DNA from: Alkalispirochaeta sp.
Lineage (GTDB): Bacteria; Spirochaetota; Spirochaetia; DSM-27196; Alkalispirochaetaceae
Length of the DNA: 64,000 nucleotides
Reading direction: 5' to 3'
Assembly: GCA_965242725.1 (NCBI GenBank)
Contig: CBDESZ010000017.1
Span: forward strand, 52,556 to 116,555
Part shown: piece by piece, positions 29,027 to 40,795 of the stretch
How positions within the stretch are numbered: position 1 is the first letter of the stretch
Layout of the letters: every line of letters starts with the position of its first letter
Program-made: the position numbers and the translations under genes
Notes under the pieces: generated by a model
The model's database searches: none
The model's input: only the letters and a program-made list of their open reading frames with translations
Told to the model about the DNA's origin: nothing

Positions 29027-30538
29027 TTATATGCCCTTTGCCAGGTGGTAGTAGAGCTCGTTCCAGCGCAGCTCCTTCCGGAAGGAATCGATTTCCGTTT
29101 TTTTCGCCGATATGGAGAAGTTCCACGCCCGCCATCGCCGAGAAATCGCGCATGTGGTCGATCGTCACCGCCTGGCTGTACCCCGTATGGTGGGCGCCGC
29201 CGGCGTATATCCACGCTGCAGCCGCCGTGGCGAGATCCGGCCTGGTCTCCCACAGGACCCGGGCAACCGGGAGCTTCGGAAGGTCCGCCGGCGGCTTCAC
29301 CGCTTCGACGTCGTTCACCACCATTCGAAAGCGGTTGCCCATATCTACAACGGTGGCGTTGATCGCCGGGCCGGCCTTTCCGGTAAATACAAGGCGTGCG
29401 GGATCATCCTTCCCTCCTATTCCAAGAGGATGGACCTCAAGGGAAACGGGGCCGTCACTGATGGAAGGACACACCTCAAGCATATGGGAACCCAGTACGA
29501 GCGGGCGCTGCGGGTCGAAATGGTACGTATAGTCTTCCATGAAACTCGTTCCACCGGGCAGACCGGCGGCCATAACCTTCATGGTCCGGAGGAGAGCTGC
29601 AGTTTTCCAGTCTCCTTCGGCACCGAAACCGTATCCGTCCGCCATGAGACGCTGGACGGCGATTCCCGGCAGCTGTGTGAGCCCGTGGAGATTTTCAAAT
29701 GTCGTGGTAAAGGCGTCAAATCCGCCGTCGGTCAGAAATGCGCGCAACCCCAACTCTATGCGGGCGGCATCACGGACGCGCCGTGCCTGAGTCTCTTCCT
29801 TCAGGTCGTCGGCAAATCGATAGAGCTCCTTGTACTCTCCGACCAGCTTCGTCGTCTCTTCGTCCGACACGGCATCGACAAAACCGGAGTAGATCGCCCA
29901 CGCCGTATCCATTGACGCTGTAGCCGAATACACGTTGTGCCGCCACCTTGTCTCCCTCGGTGACCGCCACCTCCCGCATATTGTCGCCGATCCGGGCGAC
30001 CTTCAGTTTCTTACCCGCGGCAAAGGCGACGGCCGCCCTCACCCATACCGCGATACGGTCCAGAACCGTGGCATCCTTCCAGTGGCCCACCACGACCTTT
30101 CGCTCCATGCGGAGGCGACTGCCGATGAAACCGAATTCCCGACCACCGTGGGCGGTCTGATTCAGGTTCATGAAATCCATATCAATTGTCTCCCACGGAA
30201 TGTCGCGGTTGAACTGGGTATGGAGCTGGAGAAGGGGTTTGGTGAGCTCCGACAGCCCGGTGATCCACATCTTGGCGGGGCTGAATGTGTGCATCCACGC
30301 GATGACGCCGGCACAGCGGTCGTCTCCGGACGCTTCACGGAGGGTTCCCGTTATTTCATCCCTCGTTTTTACCGTTGGGTTTCCAGACTATTTTTACGGG
30401 AAGCGACGAGGACCCGTTAAGTCCCGCGACGATCTTCTCCGCGTCCGAGGCAACCTGTTTGAGTGTTTCCGGTCCGTACAGGTGCTGACTGCCCGTAACG
30501 AACCACAGTTCGTACTCATTGAACACTTCACTTTTCAT
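29027..30538 (-). CDS. araA: L-arabinose isomerase (frameshifted)
   Basis: [71 protein letters not shown]-terminus ...[14 protein letters not shown] in a shifted frame. Confidence 0.95.
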
Positions 30539-30548
30539 AGTTCTTTCC

Positions 30549-31250
30549 TCACTGTCCGTAGTATGCGTTTGGTCCGTGCTTGCGTTGATAGTGCTTCTGC
30601 CTCAGTGAATCGGGAAGACGGGAGGCATCCGGAGCGACGACGGAAGTAATCGTCGCCATCTTTGCAATTTCCTCAAGAGCAACGGCGTTCTCCACCGCCT
30701 TTTCCACCGTCGGCCCCCAGGTAAAAGGCCCGTGGCAGCCGACAAGGGACCATGGGGACCTCCCGATAGTCCAATCCAAGTGATTGAAAGTGCGCGACGA
30801 TCTGGTTGCCCGTCTCCACTTCATAATCGTTCTCTATACGTTCCGCTTCCATGGGCGGTGTACAGGGAATATCCTGGACGGTCTGGTCTGCATGGGTCGT
30901 ACCGAAGATCGGGATCGCCGCGGAGCGCCTGGGCCCAGCCGACGGCATAGGTCGAATGAGTGTGGACGATCCCCTCGATCTCCGGAAAGGCGCGGTAGAG
31001 AACGGTATGGGTTTTTGTATCGGAGCTCGGCTTCAACCGCCCCTCTACGACTCGGTTTTCCAGGTCCACCACGACGATATCGTCTTCGGTGAGTTCATCG
31101 TAGGAAACGCCGCTCGGTTTAATGGCGACGAGCCCCTCATCCCGGTCACATCCGCTCACATTTTCCCCAGGTAAGCTTTGCCAGCTTCTGCCGGGGAATT
31201 TCCATGTTGGCGCGGTAGACGCGACGTCGCAGTTCCGTGACACTTCCCAT
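30549..31250 (-). CDS. araD: L-ribulose-5-phosphate 4-epimerase (frameshifted)
   Basis: [17 protein letters not shown]...[53 protein letters not shown]. Confidence 0.95.
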
Positions 31251-31251
31251 C

Positions 31252-32424
31252 TTATGCAGCCTGTTCCTTCGTCTTGGTGACAACGTCAAAGAAAACTGCC
31301 AGGAGCAATACGACACCCTTGATGGCCTGCTGCCAGTCGACGCTGACGCCCATAATGGACATACCGTTGTTCAGAACACCCATGACGAGTCCACCGACGA
31401 TGGCGCCGATAACGGTACCGACACCCCCCGTCGCCGAAGCGCCGCCGATAAAGCACGACGCGATCGCGTCGAGCTCGAACATCGTCCCCGCTTTCGGCGT
31501 TGCCGCATTGAGACGGCCGGCGACGACGAGCCCCGCCAACGCCGCCATGAGTCCGTTGTTCATATACACGAGGAAGAGTACCCGCTCCGTCTTTACCCCT
31601 GAAAGCTTTGCCGCCTTGGCGTTTCCGCCGAGGGCGTACACATGTCGACCGAAAATCGTGTGCTGGGTGATGAAGGTATAGATCGTCACAAGGAAGAGCA
31701 GCAGAATGAGGACGATGGGAATACCGTTGTAATCAGCGAGGCTGAAGGTGAGGAGGTTGATACCGATGACGATGAATACGATGCGGAACATCTCGATCCA
31801 CAGCGGCGGGACTTCAAAGCCGTACTTCACCTTGTTCTGTCGCGATCTCAGAACGGTAATGATGAAAATCGCCGAGAGGATGAGTCCGAATACGAGGGCG
31901 ATGGTATTGAAACTGCCGATACGGATTTCCCGACCGGGGAGGTACCCCGCGGCGATCGCCTGAAAGCTGCGCTCAAAGGGTGATTTCGTCTGTCCCTTCA
32001 GAATCACCATGGTGAGACCGCGCCAGATCAACATACCCCCCAGGGTTGTTATGAACATCGGTATCTTGAGATAGGCGATGAGATATCCGTGAAAAGCGCC
32101 CACGAGCATGCCGATGACCAGGGCGGAAAAGATGGTGATTCCAACCGGAACTCCCCAGTCGACCATCATCACCGCCGAGACGGCGCCGACGAAGGCGACA
32201 ACCGAACCGACGGAGAGATCTATCCGGCCGGTAATGATAACCAGGAGCATACCGGTGGCGAGGATGAGTACATAGGCGTTCTGCAAAACCAGGTTATTGA
32301 CGTTCATCGGCCGAAAAAGGATACCGCCGGTCAGTAATTGGAAGAGCACCATTATCAGAACGAGAGCCATTACCATTCCGTTCTGGCGGATGTTGCTCTT
32401 GAAGTAGCTAATCAGTTGGTTCAT
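31252..32424 (-). CDS. gguB: Multiple-monosaccharide ABC transporter permease (GguB/MmsB)
   Basis: [39 protein letters not shown]. Confidence 0.88.
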   Translation of the reverse strand: MNQLISYFKSNIRQNGMVMALVLIMVLFQLLTGGILFRPMNVNNLVLQNAYVLILATGMLLVIITGRIDLSVGSVVAFVGAVSAVMMVDWGVPVGITIFSALVIGMLVGAFHGYLIAYLKIPMFITTLGGMLIWRGLTMVILKGQTKSPFERSFQAIAAGYLPGREIRIGSFNTIALVFGLILSAIFIITVLRSRQNKVKYGFEVPPLWIEMFRIVFIVIGINLLTFSLADYNGIPIVLILLLFLVTIYTFITQHTIFGRHVYALGGNAKAAKLSGVKTERVLFLVYMNNGLMAALAGLVVAGRLNAATPKAGTMFELDAIASCFIGGASATGGVGTVIGAIVGGLVMGVLNNGMSIMGVSVDWQQAIKGVVLLLAVFFDVVTKTKEQAA

Positions 32425-32426
32425 CG

Positions 32427-33972
32427 TTACTCCTTTACCAACGCTTTTTGATGGTTCATGATGATTTTCATGATGCTTTCGGGAGAGGCTTCGTCCCGTT
32501 CAACGACTCCCGCGATCTCGCCGGCGTTAATGACGTAAATGCGGTCACACATGCCCAGCAGTTCCGGAAGCTCGGAGCTGATCATGAGCACCGCTTTTCC
32601 CTCAGCCGCAAGTTCATTGATTATTGTATAGATTTCATATTTGGCACCGACATCGATACCGCGGGTCGGTTCGTCCAGCAGCAATACGTCCGGCTCGGAC
32701 ATGAGCCATTTGCTCAGGACCACCTTCTGCTGGTTTCCTCCCGACAAGGTCTGAACCACCTGGCCGAGACCACGACTGCGCACGGCGAGACGCTTACGGT
32801 ACGCTTCGGTCTGCACGATCTCTTCATTGCCGTTGATCACGCCGTTGTGCGAAACGGTCTTGAGGTTGGCCAGGGAGATATTGTTCTTGATGTCCTGAAT
32901 GAGTACGAGGCCGTAGGTCTTGCGGTCCTCGCTGAGGTAGGCAATTCCGTTTTCAATGGACTGGTCCACCGACTCGAGATTCACTTCCTTGCCGTTCTTG
33001 AACACTTTCCCCGAGTGTTTCTGCCCGTAGGCGCGTCCGAAGATACTCATGGCGATCTCAGTCCGCCCCGCCCCCATGAGACCGGCGAATCCGACGACTT
33101 CACCTCGCCTGAGATGGAAACTGACGCCGTTCACGATTTTCCGCTGCTCGTGTTCTGGGTGGTATACCGTCCAGTCCTCAACGCGAAAGACCTCTTCTCC
33201 GATGACATGATTCCGTTCCGGCCATCGATCGGTGATTTCCCTTCCCACCATGCTCCGGATAATACGGTCCTCGTGAAAGTCTTCCACCCCCCTCGTCAAT
33301 GTTTCGATAAAACGACCGTCCCGAATGACGGTGATATGGTCCGCAACTTTCTCGACTTCGTTCAGTTTGTGACTGATAAGAATGGAAGTAATGCCCTTCT
33401 TCTTCAGTCCGACGAGAAGCTCAAGCAGCTTCTCCGATTCCTCGTCATTGAGCGCCGCCGTGGGCTCATCAAGGATGAGCAGTTTCACGTCCTTGGAGAG
33501 CGCCTTTGCGATCTCCACAAGCTGCTGTTTTCCCACACCGATATTACCGACCAGGGTAGTCGGATTCTCAACGAGCCCGACCTGTCTCAAAAGATCCGCG
33601 GCGCGGCTCTGCGTTCGGTTCCAGTCGATTTTACCCGATACGGTTTGCTCGTTCCCGAGAAAAATATTTTCGGCAATTGAAAGATTCGGAACCAGTGCAA
33701 GTTCCTGGTGGAATAATGACTATTCCCAATCGCTCGCTGTCCTTGATGCCGCGAAAGGAACACTCATTGCCCTCCAGAAAAATCTGTCCCGAATAGGTGC
33801 CGTGGGGATATACACCGGACAGGATATTCATAAGCGTCGATTTACCGGCGCCGTTTTCCCCGACCAACGCGTGAATCTCATCGTCCTGTACGGTGAGATG
33901 CACATCATCCAGCGCTTTTACACCGGAAAACTCCTTCGTGATGCCTCGCATTTCCAGAATCACGTTTCCCAT
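32427..33972 (-). CDS. gguA: Multiple-monosaccharide ABC transporter ATPase (GguA/MmsA), frameshifted around 33600-33720
   Basis: [21 protein letters not shown]; second half [30 protein letters not shown]. Confidence 0.88.
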
Positions 33973-34017
33973 TTTTCCGTTCTCCTCGCCCTCTCGTAGT
34001 GTACCACGAAGAAGGGC

Positions 34018-34042
34018 CGGCAGGGACACGTCGTCCCTGCCG
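34018..34042 (-). terminator. Intercistronic stem-loop after chvE (mRNA stabiliser or weak terminator)
   Basis: CGGCAGGGAC-ACGTC-GTCCCTGCCG, 10-bp perfect stem, no U-tract. Confidence 0.55.
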
Positions 34043-34078
34043 ACCGAATTAGCATAAGATTATCGGCCGCTGCCGAAA

Positions 34079-35155
34079 TTACATGTCCAGCTGGTCTTTC
34101 GTGTAGTAGCCGGTGTCGATCAGCGCCTCTTCCCAGTTGTCGATGTCTACGGAGACCGGCTCTTCCAGGTAGGAAGGAACGACCTTCACGTTGTTGTCGT
34201 AGGTGGTGGTGTCGTTGATTTCCGGCTCTTCGCCCTTTAACACCGCGTCGACCATGTCGGCTGCGCGGGCGGCGAGGACACGGGTATCCTTGAAGACCGT
34301 CTGAGCCTGCTCGCCGGCAAGGATCGACTTCACCGACGGGATTTCAGCGTCCTGTCCCGTCACGATGGGAAGTTCCTTGGAGGTACCGTATCCGACGCTC
34401 TTCAGCGCGGAGAGAATACCGATCGAAAGTCCATCGTAGGGTGAAAGCACGGCGTCCACGTCGCGGTCGGTGTAGTAGGCGGCGAGGATGTTGTCCATCC
34501 GCTGCTGCGCAACTGCGCCGTCCCAGCGAAGGGTCGCGACCTGGTCAAAATCGGTCTGGCCACTGGGAACATTGAGCTGTCCGTTGTCGATATAAGGCTG
34601 AAGCTCGCTCATGGCACCGTCAAAGAAGTAGTAGGCGTTGGTGTCGTCGGGAGACCCGGCAAAGAGCTCGATATTGAAGGGACCGGCACCGGATTCCAGA
34701 TCAAGGGCTTCCACGATATATCCGCCCTGCTGCACGCCGACCTGGAAGTTGTCAAATGTCGCGTAGTAACTGACATGGGGGCTGTTGATGATGAGGCGAT
34801 CGTAGGAAATGATCTCCACGTCATTTTGCGCCGCCTGTTCAAGAACGTTAAAGAGAGCTGCACCGTCGATTGCGGCGATGACCAGCACGTCGGCGCCCTT
34901 CACGATCATGTTTTCTATCTGCGAAACCTGTGCGTCGATGTTGTCTTCAGCGTACTGAAGGTCGACCCGGTAGCCGCGTTCCTCAAGAATCTCTTTCATG
35001 TATCCGCCGTCCTGGATCCAGCGCTGTGACGATTGAGTCGGCATCGCCACACCGACGAGGGGGGCATCACTTTCACCCTGTCCTCCGGCAAATACGGGCA
35101 TCAGGCTCATGGTAAGCACCATCAATCCGACCAAAACGATTGTGAACCTTTTCAT
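34079..35155 (-). CDS. chvE: Multiple-monosaccharide ABC transporter substrate-binding protein
   Basis: [60 protein letters not shown]. Confidence 0.92.
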   Translation of the reverse strand: MKRFTIVLVGLMVLTMSLMPVFAGGQGESDAPLVGVAMPTQSSQRWIQDGGYMKEILEERGYRVDLQYAEDNIDAQVSQIENMIVKGADVLVIAAIDGAALFNVLEQAAQNDVEIISYDRLIINSPHVSYYATFDNFQVGVQQGGYIVEALDLESGAGPFNIELFAGSPDDTNAYYFFDGAMSELQPYIDNGQLNVPSGQTDFDQVATLRWDGAVAQQRMDNILAAYYTDRDVDAVLSPYDGLSIGILSALKSVGYGTSKELPIVTGQDAEIPSVKSILAGEQAQTVFKDTRVLAARAADMVDAVLKGEEPEINDTTTYDNNVKVVPSYLEEPVSVDIDNWEEALIDTGYYTKDQLDM

Positions 35156-35220
35156 CTGAGGTTCCTCCTTATGGGGTTTGTCGATTCGCACGGAAAAGAA
35201 CACGTTTCGTGCAAAAACGT

Positions 35221-35276
35221 AATCGTTCCGTTACGATTGTGATTGTTATGATGGGACCGAATGGAGCTCCTGTCAA
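35221..35276 (-). promoter_or_regulatory. Putative chvE promoter with a palindromic operator
   Basis: Minus strand TTGACA (35271-35276), 17 nt, CATCAT; palindrome AATCGT-N6-ACGATT at 35221-35238. Confidence 0.45.
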
Positions 35277-35345
35277 GAAAAATCTTTCGTGGCGAACTCA
35301 CATTCGATCTGCTATGATCGGAGCAGGTTTGCGGGAAGGGATAAG

Positions 35346-36128
35346 ATGTACGCAATAGAACGAACGAGAATCATCAGGCAATACCTTCACGAGAACGGCA
35401 GAGCCAGTGTGCACTCCCTCAGCGAACTGCTGGGAGTTTCCGAGGTGACGGTCCGACGGGACCTGGAGCGACTGGAAGTTGAGGGACTCTTGACCCGGAC
35501 CCACGGCGGCGCCATGCTGAACTCTGCGGAGTCGATTCCCGTCGCCATCACCCGCATTGACCTCTCCCGGGATGAAATACGGGAAATCGCCCTGCAGGGT
35601 GTACGCATGGTGGATGACGGAGAAATCGTCATGCTGACAAACGGCGCCATTTGCACCGGTATCGCCGAAGGGCTGGAGTCCCGCTCAAACCTGACGGTCC
35701 TTACAAATGACATCGCCATCGCGGGCCAGATGACGGTGCAGCAGGCCAACCGCGTCGTTCTTCTCGGAGGAGACCTTGATATTCAGGAGCGGTGCGTCTA
35801 CGGGTCCATGGCGGTGGATAATCTGCGCAGGTTTTTCGTGCAGCGTCTGTTCATCGAGGTGGACGGAATAAATGAGGACTTTCAGCTCTCCGTGAACAGC
35901 CAGTCCAAGGCGGACCTTATCAGGGCTGCCATGGAAGTCTCCACTGAAACGATCGTGACGTGCCTGCCGGAAAACTTTTCCCACAACTCCTTTTTTCGTC
36001 TCGGTCCGGTATCCCTGGCGGACCGGGTCATAACCGGCACGGATATCGACGAGTCATACAAAACGGGGATTTTCAATCTGGGGGTGCCCCTCTACACACC
36101 GGTAACCCCCTTTGAGGGCAGTACATGA
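35346..36128 (+). CDS. DeoR/GlpR-family transcriptional regulator
   Basis: VSEVTVRRDLERLE..G..TRTHGGA. Confidence 0.9.
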   Translation: MYAIERTRIIRQYLHENGRASVHSLSELLGVSEVTVRRDLERLEVEGLLTRTHGGAMLNSAESIPVAITRIDLSRDEIREIALQGVRMVDDGEIVMLTNGAICTGIAEGLESRSNLTVLTNDIAIAGQMTVQQANRVVLLGGDLDIQERCVYGSMAVDNLRRFFVQRLFIEVDGINEDFQLSVNSQSKADLIRAAMEVSTETIVTCLPENFSHNSFFRLGPVSLADRVITGTDIDESYKTGIFNLGVPLYTPVTPFEGST

Positions 36129-37633
36129 GTTTCGATAGTCGATCGGGTCCTGTCGTCGAGTTGAAAGGAGTGTACAAGCACTTCCCCGATTTCTTTCTCG
36201 CCGATATCAACCTCGATCTCTACCCCGGAGAAGCTCACGTCATCGTCGGAGAAAACGGCTCCGGTAAATCGTCGGTGATGAAGCTTCTCAGCGGCTGGTT
36301 TCCCCCCGACAGCGGCACCGTTCTCTTCCGCGGGCAGCCCCTGAAAATCAAATCCATTCACGACGGTCCGGCGGAAGGCGTCCTGTACATTCACCAGGAT
36401 GTTCAGTGTTTCGACAATCTGTCCGTCGCGGAGAACGTCTTTTTCTACAGCCTGCCCCGTCTTCTGAACGTACCTTTTCTCTTTGACCGAAATCGCACGC
36501 TCTACAAGTGCGGAAAGGTTTTTTCGGACCTCGGCGTTTCTCTCGATCCGGCCACGCCGATGGGACGACTTGGATACGCTGAACGCCAACTGGTCGTTGC
36601 GGTCCGGGCGTATGTAACGGCCTCTCCCGTCGTCATTCTCGATGAACCGACATCGGCGATGACCGAGCCGGACAGGGAAATCCTCTTTGAGATCGTGGCG
36701 CGTCTGAAGGAGGACGGCCGGGGTATTTTCTATATTTCCCACCGCATGGATGAAATCCGTCAAATCGGCGATCGCGTATCGGTGATGCAGCGGGGACATA
36801 TCGTTGGAACCCGGGCATGCGAGGGCATCGACCGGGAAAGTATCGTACAGATGATGGTCGGTGACGTGGAAAAGAAGGGCTATCCCCGTTTTCGCTCCAC
36901 CAAAGGACCGATTCTCATGGAAGTGAAGGGAATTTCGTCGCCCCCCATCCTTCGTGATGTGACCTTCAACGTCCGCCGCCGGGAGATACTCGGCATAACG
37001 GGGCTTATGGGTTCGGGCAGAACCCTTCTCGCCCACTGCCTCTTCGGGATGACCAGACCCGCGGGCGGGACGATCACCATCGACGGCCGGGACGTCGCCA
37101 TCGGCCATCCCGTGGAGGCGATGAACGCCGGAATTTCTCTCGTCCCGGAGGACCGGGCGGACAACGGACTCTTTCCCCGCCACAATCTGGTGCACAACTC
37201 GACGATCGCCACCCTCAAACGTTTTCGCCATCTCGTTGCCCTGGACGGAAAGTACATGTGGGAAATGACCCATGACTTTGCGCGTTCCCTCGATGTGAAA
37301 CCGGGGCATCCCAACGACGTGGTGGGAAGATACTCCGGCGGAAACCAGCAGAAAGTGCTCGTATCCCGCTGGCTCATGAACCGTTCCAAGATCTACATCA
37401 TGGACGAACCGACCCGGGGAATAGACGTCGCCTCCAAAGTGGACATTTATAACGCCATGAACGACCTCGTTCACAAGGGAGCGTCGATCATTCTCATCTC
37501 GTCGGAAATTGAAGAGATCCTTGGAATGTGCGACCGAATCCTCGTCCTTGCGGGAGGGAGAATAACCGCCGAAATGGACCGCACGACGGCAACGAGGGAG
37601 CGTATTCTCGCCTCCGCCACCGACGATTCGTGA
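36125..37633 (+). CDS. Two-domain sugar ABC ATPase (RbsA/MglA-like) with no adjacent co-oriented permease
   Basis: [50 protein letters not shown]. Confidence 0.88.
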   Translation: MSFDSRSGPVVELKGVYKHFPDFFLADINLDLYPGEAHVIVGENGSGKSSVMKLLSGWFPPDSGTVLFRGQPLKIKSIHDGPAEGVLYIHQDVQCFDNLSVAENVFFYSLPRLLNVPFLFDRNRTLYKCGKVFSDLGVSLDPATPMGRLGYAERQLVVAVRAYVTASPVVILDEPTSAMTEPDREILFEIVARLKEDGRGIFYISHRMDEIRQIGDRVSVMQRGHIVGTRACEGIDRESIVQMMVGDVEKKGYPRFRSTKGPILMEVKGISSPPILRDVTFNVRRREILGITGLMGSGRTLLAHCLFGMTRPAGGTITIDGRDVAIGHPVEAMNAGISLVPEDRADNGLFPRHNLVHNSTIATLKRFRHLVALDGKYMWEMTHDFARSLDVKPGHPNDVVGRYSGGNQQKVLVSRWLMNRSKIYIMDEPTRGIDVASKVDIYNAMNDLVHKGASIILISSEIEEILGMCDRILVLAGGRITAEMDRTTATRERILASATDDS

Positions 37634-37711
37634 AAATCAGACGGGATGGTTTTTTTCTTTTCTCTAGGGTACAGTTCAAAAGATCCAAATAAACGTAAAA
37701 CGGAGGCACTC

Positions 37712-39784
37712 ATGCCCAACACCCGCCGAATCCTGCTAACCGGACTCTCGCTGCTGTTATTCTTTCTGGGGATCGGATCCGCCATTTTTCTGGTTCAGGG
37801 GATCGTCGTAGGAACCGTTGGTGCTGCTGTAGCAGGTACCGTCATTCTCGTTGCGATACCGATGCTCACCAAAGAAAAACTCCGTCAGCTTCAATCGGCG
37901 ACTCATGATTCGGGGCTGAATATCACCGACTTGCGCCGTGCGTCAATGGAATCGGAAAATGTCGGCCGCAAACTCGCCGCCCAGGTTGGAGAGACCCTCT
38001 CCTCAACCGCACGAATCGCTTCGCAGACCTCCGATGCCCGTGGCCGCGTCCAGAATCTCTCGGACCAGATCAGCAACGGCGCATCGGCGATGGAGGAAAT
38101 TCTCGCCGCGGTGGAAAGTCTCTCCCGTCAGATAGAAGAACAACGCCACGTCGTCGACCAGAGTGCCGCAGCCATAGAAGAGACCTCAGCCTCCATAGAC
38201 AGCGTCGCCTCGGTGGCGATGGTGAAACGAAACGCCGCCGACACGCTGCGGGACCTGGCGGACCAGGGAAACAGAACGGTCAAGACGACGGATCAGGCGA
38301 TCACCGAAGTGGGCGAAAGTGTCGTCGCCGTGAACGCGATGATCGAGATCATTAACGACATCGCCGCCCGAACCAACCTGCTGGCGATGAACGCAGCCAT
38401 CGAGGCGGCCCACGCGGGCGCCGCAGGCCGGGGATTCGCCGTTGTTGCCGGAGAGATACGCAAACTCGCCGAGACGACATCACAGAATGCGGGCCACATT
38501 TCCGATCGCCTCCAGGCGCTGGTCTCCCGCATTGACGAGGCGCGTGCGGCGAGCGGCGAAACAAGCAACGCCTTTTCAAAGCTCGAGGCGGGCGTCGTTG
38601 AAGTTTCGGAAGCATTTGCGGAAATCACCGAGAGCACCGGAGAGATTTCCGCCGGGACAAAAGAGGTGGTGACGGCGACCGAAACGCTCCGTGATCTCTC
38701 CCATCAGATAGTCGGAAGTACCGATGAAATGAAAATCGGCGCCCGGGAAGTCACCGAGGTCATCACCGCTGCCCGGGATACCGCCCATGCCACCGTGGAC
38801 GCCATGGAAGTCATCGGAGACGCCGCACGGGACGTCACGGAGGCAAGCGGCCGGATCTCGACAATCAGCGTTGAAAACAACAACCAGGTTGCAAAAATCC
38901 TCAGCGTCGTCGAAAGCGCCGGTGGCCCCGACGACGGCGAGACGAGGGACGCCCGGGAGCGGCTGTACATATCCAACATCATTCTGAAACACATGGGATG
39001 GATAGGCGCCGTTCGGTCGGTCATCGACGCGGGCAGTATCAACGCTTCGGTCCTGCCCGCGGGATTGTCGGCGGCGGCTATCACCGATCACGACGCATGT
39101 CCCGTGGGCGAGTGGCTCGCACTGGAAGGCAAAACGGCGATCGGAAATCCCGAGACCTATCGCCGCATACGGGAGCTCCACAAAGAGCTCCACGCAAAGG
39201 CGGCGGAGATCGTCCGTTCCGTCACCCTGACGGAGCGCAGAAGCGGTGACTCCGGCGGGAACGGGGAAGCGCAGTTCCAGGAGATTCTCGCGACCTCCCG
39301 CACCTTTGTCGAGGCGTTGACCTCCGTTCAGGGCGCTGCGGTCGCCGTCTGGACACCGGAGTTTGCCGTCAACGTGCAGCAATTCGACGTACATCACAAA
39401 CGTCTTTTCGCGCTGGTTGATCGACTGTATCGGGTGATGCAGTCAGGGTCGGACGAAACGATTCTAAAAGAGGTCTTTGACCAGCTCACGGCGTACGCGG
39501 GATACCACTTCTCGGCGGAAGAGGCGGCGTTTGAGCATTTCAAATACCCCCAATGCGACGTACACAAGGCTCAGCACGCCGAGCTGGTACGGGAAGTGAC
39601 GCGGCTGCGGGCGGAGCTTGAAGCGGGTAAACCGATGGTCGCCGTGGAGGTCATGGAATTCCTGCGCGACTGGCTGACCAAGCATATCAAGGGATGCGAC
39701 AAACTGTACTCCTCCTTCTTCCGCAATACCGAGGTGGAACACTACCTGTCGATGCGGGAAAAGGAAGGAGCACCCGCTTCGTAA
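37712..39784 (+). CDS. Methyl-accepting chemotaxis protein with C-terminal CZB and hemerythrin domains
   Basis: Two adjacent TMs; [40 protein letters not shown]...[11 protein letters not shown]...HKELH; hemerythrin DVHHKRL...HFSAEE...HKAQH...WLTKHI...D; GGAGG RBS. Confidence 0.9.
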   Translation: MPNTRRILLTGLSLLLFFLGIGSAIFLVQGIVVGTVGAAVAGTVILVAIPMLTKEKLRQLQSATHDSGLNITDLRRASMESENVGRKLAAQVGETLSSTARIASQTSDARGRVQNLSDQISNGASAMEEILAAVESLSRQIEEQRHVVDQSAAAIEETSASIDSVASVAMVKRNAADTLRDLADQGNRTVKTTDQAITEVGESVVAVNAMIEIINDIAARTNLLAMNAAIEAAHAGAAGRGFAVVAGEIRKLAETTSQNAGHISDRLQALVSRIDEARAASGETSNAFSKLEAGVVEVSEAFAEITESTGEISAGTKEVVTATETLRDLSHQIVGSTDEMKIGAREVTEVITAARDTAHATVDAMEVIGDAARDVTEASGRISTISVENNNQVAKILSVVESAGGPDDGETRDARERLYISNIILKHMGWIGAVRSVIDAGSINASVLPAGLSAAAITDHDACPVGEWLALEGKTAIGNPETYRRIRELHKELHAKAAEIVRSVTLTERRSGDSGGNGEAQFQEILATSRTFVEALTSVQGAAVAVWTPEFAVNVQQFDVHHKRLFALVDRLYRVMQSGSDETILKEVFDQLTAYAGYHFSAEEAAFEHFKYPQCDVHKAQHAELVREVTRLRAELEAGKPMVAVEVMEFLRDWLTKHIKGCDKLYSSFFRNTEVEHYLSMREKEGAPAS

Positions 39785-39791
39785 CGGTCCG

Positions 39792-40733
39792 ATGACGATC
39801 ACCGCGATCACCCTCGTCATCCTCTCGGCCTTCGTACACGCCGGGTGGAACGTGCTCGGGAAGCGAAGCGGCGCCGATGTAGCCTTCTATCTCGTGGCCG
39901 CCGCATTCAGCTTCCTGGTCATGGTTCCACTTGTCGCACTGTGGCGCTCCACACTTCTTCATCTGCCCGGCGGAATGTGGTGGTACCTCGTCCCGACGGG
40001 ATTCTTCCAGGGCGTATATTTCATCGGCCTCGCCGGAGCGTACCGAAAGGGAGAACTGGCGGCAGCCTATCCCGTGATACGGGCAGTTCCGGTCCTGATC
40101 GTACCGTTTGTAACCATGCTCTTCGGTATCGGTTCCTCGCCGTCCGCCCTCGCCTGGGCGGGCATTATCGCCGTCATATCGGGTCTCACGCTCCACGCCC
40201 GCCCTGCGGAATGGAAAGGCCAGACTCTTCCCGCCGGATCCCGTGGGAATCGCTGGTTCGGCTGGGCCCTTCTCGCGGGGACGGGCACCGCGGGATACTC
40301 CCTCGTCGATGACATGGCGTTACGCCTTGCCCGGCAGACCGTGGTCAACTCCGACGGGGTGTTCACTGCGTCCGCCGCACTTACGGTTCACGCTCCCCTG
40401 CTCTATGCCGCGTTTCAGGCGTTGTCTACCGTTGTTTTTCTCGGTCTGTGGAGTATCGGCACGCGGGGGGTCCGAACGGTGGCGAGGGATGTGCGAAAAA
40501 CTCCCCTCATTTCCACCGCGGCCACCGGCATTGCGGTGATTCTCGCATACGCTCTCGTGCTGATCGCATACGGGTATGCCGACAACGTCGGACACGTCGT
40601 CGCGTTCCGCCAGGTCAATCTGCCCATCGGCGCGGTTCTCTCTATTACGGTCCTGAGGGAACGACCTTCACCGATTCGCGTTGTCGGGACGATTGTTGTC
40701 GTGACGGGTCTCGTTGCCGTCGCCCTGGGATGA
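39792..40733 (+). CDS. EamA/DMT-family transporter
   Basis: SAFVHAGWN, AYRKGELAAAYPVIR, AGYSLVDD, AFRQVN; ~10 TM helices. Confidence 0.88.
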   Translation: MTITAITLVILSAFVHAGWNVLGKRSGADVAFYLVAAAFSFLVMVPLVALWRSTLLHLPGGMWWYLVPTGFFQGVYFIGLAGAYRKGELAAAYPVIRAVPVLIVPFVTMLFGIGSSPSALAWAGIIAVISGLTLHARPAEWKGQTLPAGSRGNRWFGWALLAGTGTAGYSLVDDMALRLARQTVVNSDGVFTASAALTVHAPLLYAAFQALSTVVFLGLWSIGTRGVRTVARDVRKTPLISTAATGIAVILAYALVLIAYGYADNVGHVVAFRQVNLPIGAVLSITVLRERPSPIRVVGTIVVVTGLVAVALG

Positions 40734-40795
40734 TTCATGGGAAGAGACAACGGGGCCGGTAGGCGGGAGGAATGCAGACCATTACACTATGAGAC

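Noticed and set aside
29027..33972. True pseudogenisation or programmed frameshifting of the arabinose operon
   Set aside because: The breaks traced are homopolymer insertions with intact catalytic motifs, and unrelated genes show the same pattern; sequencing error is more parsimonious.
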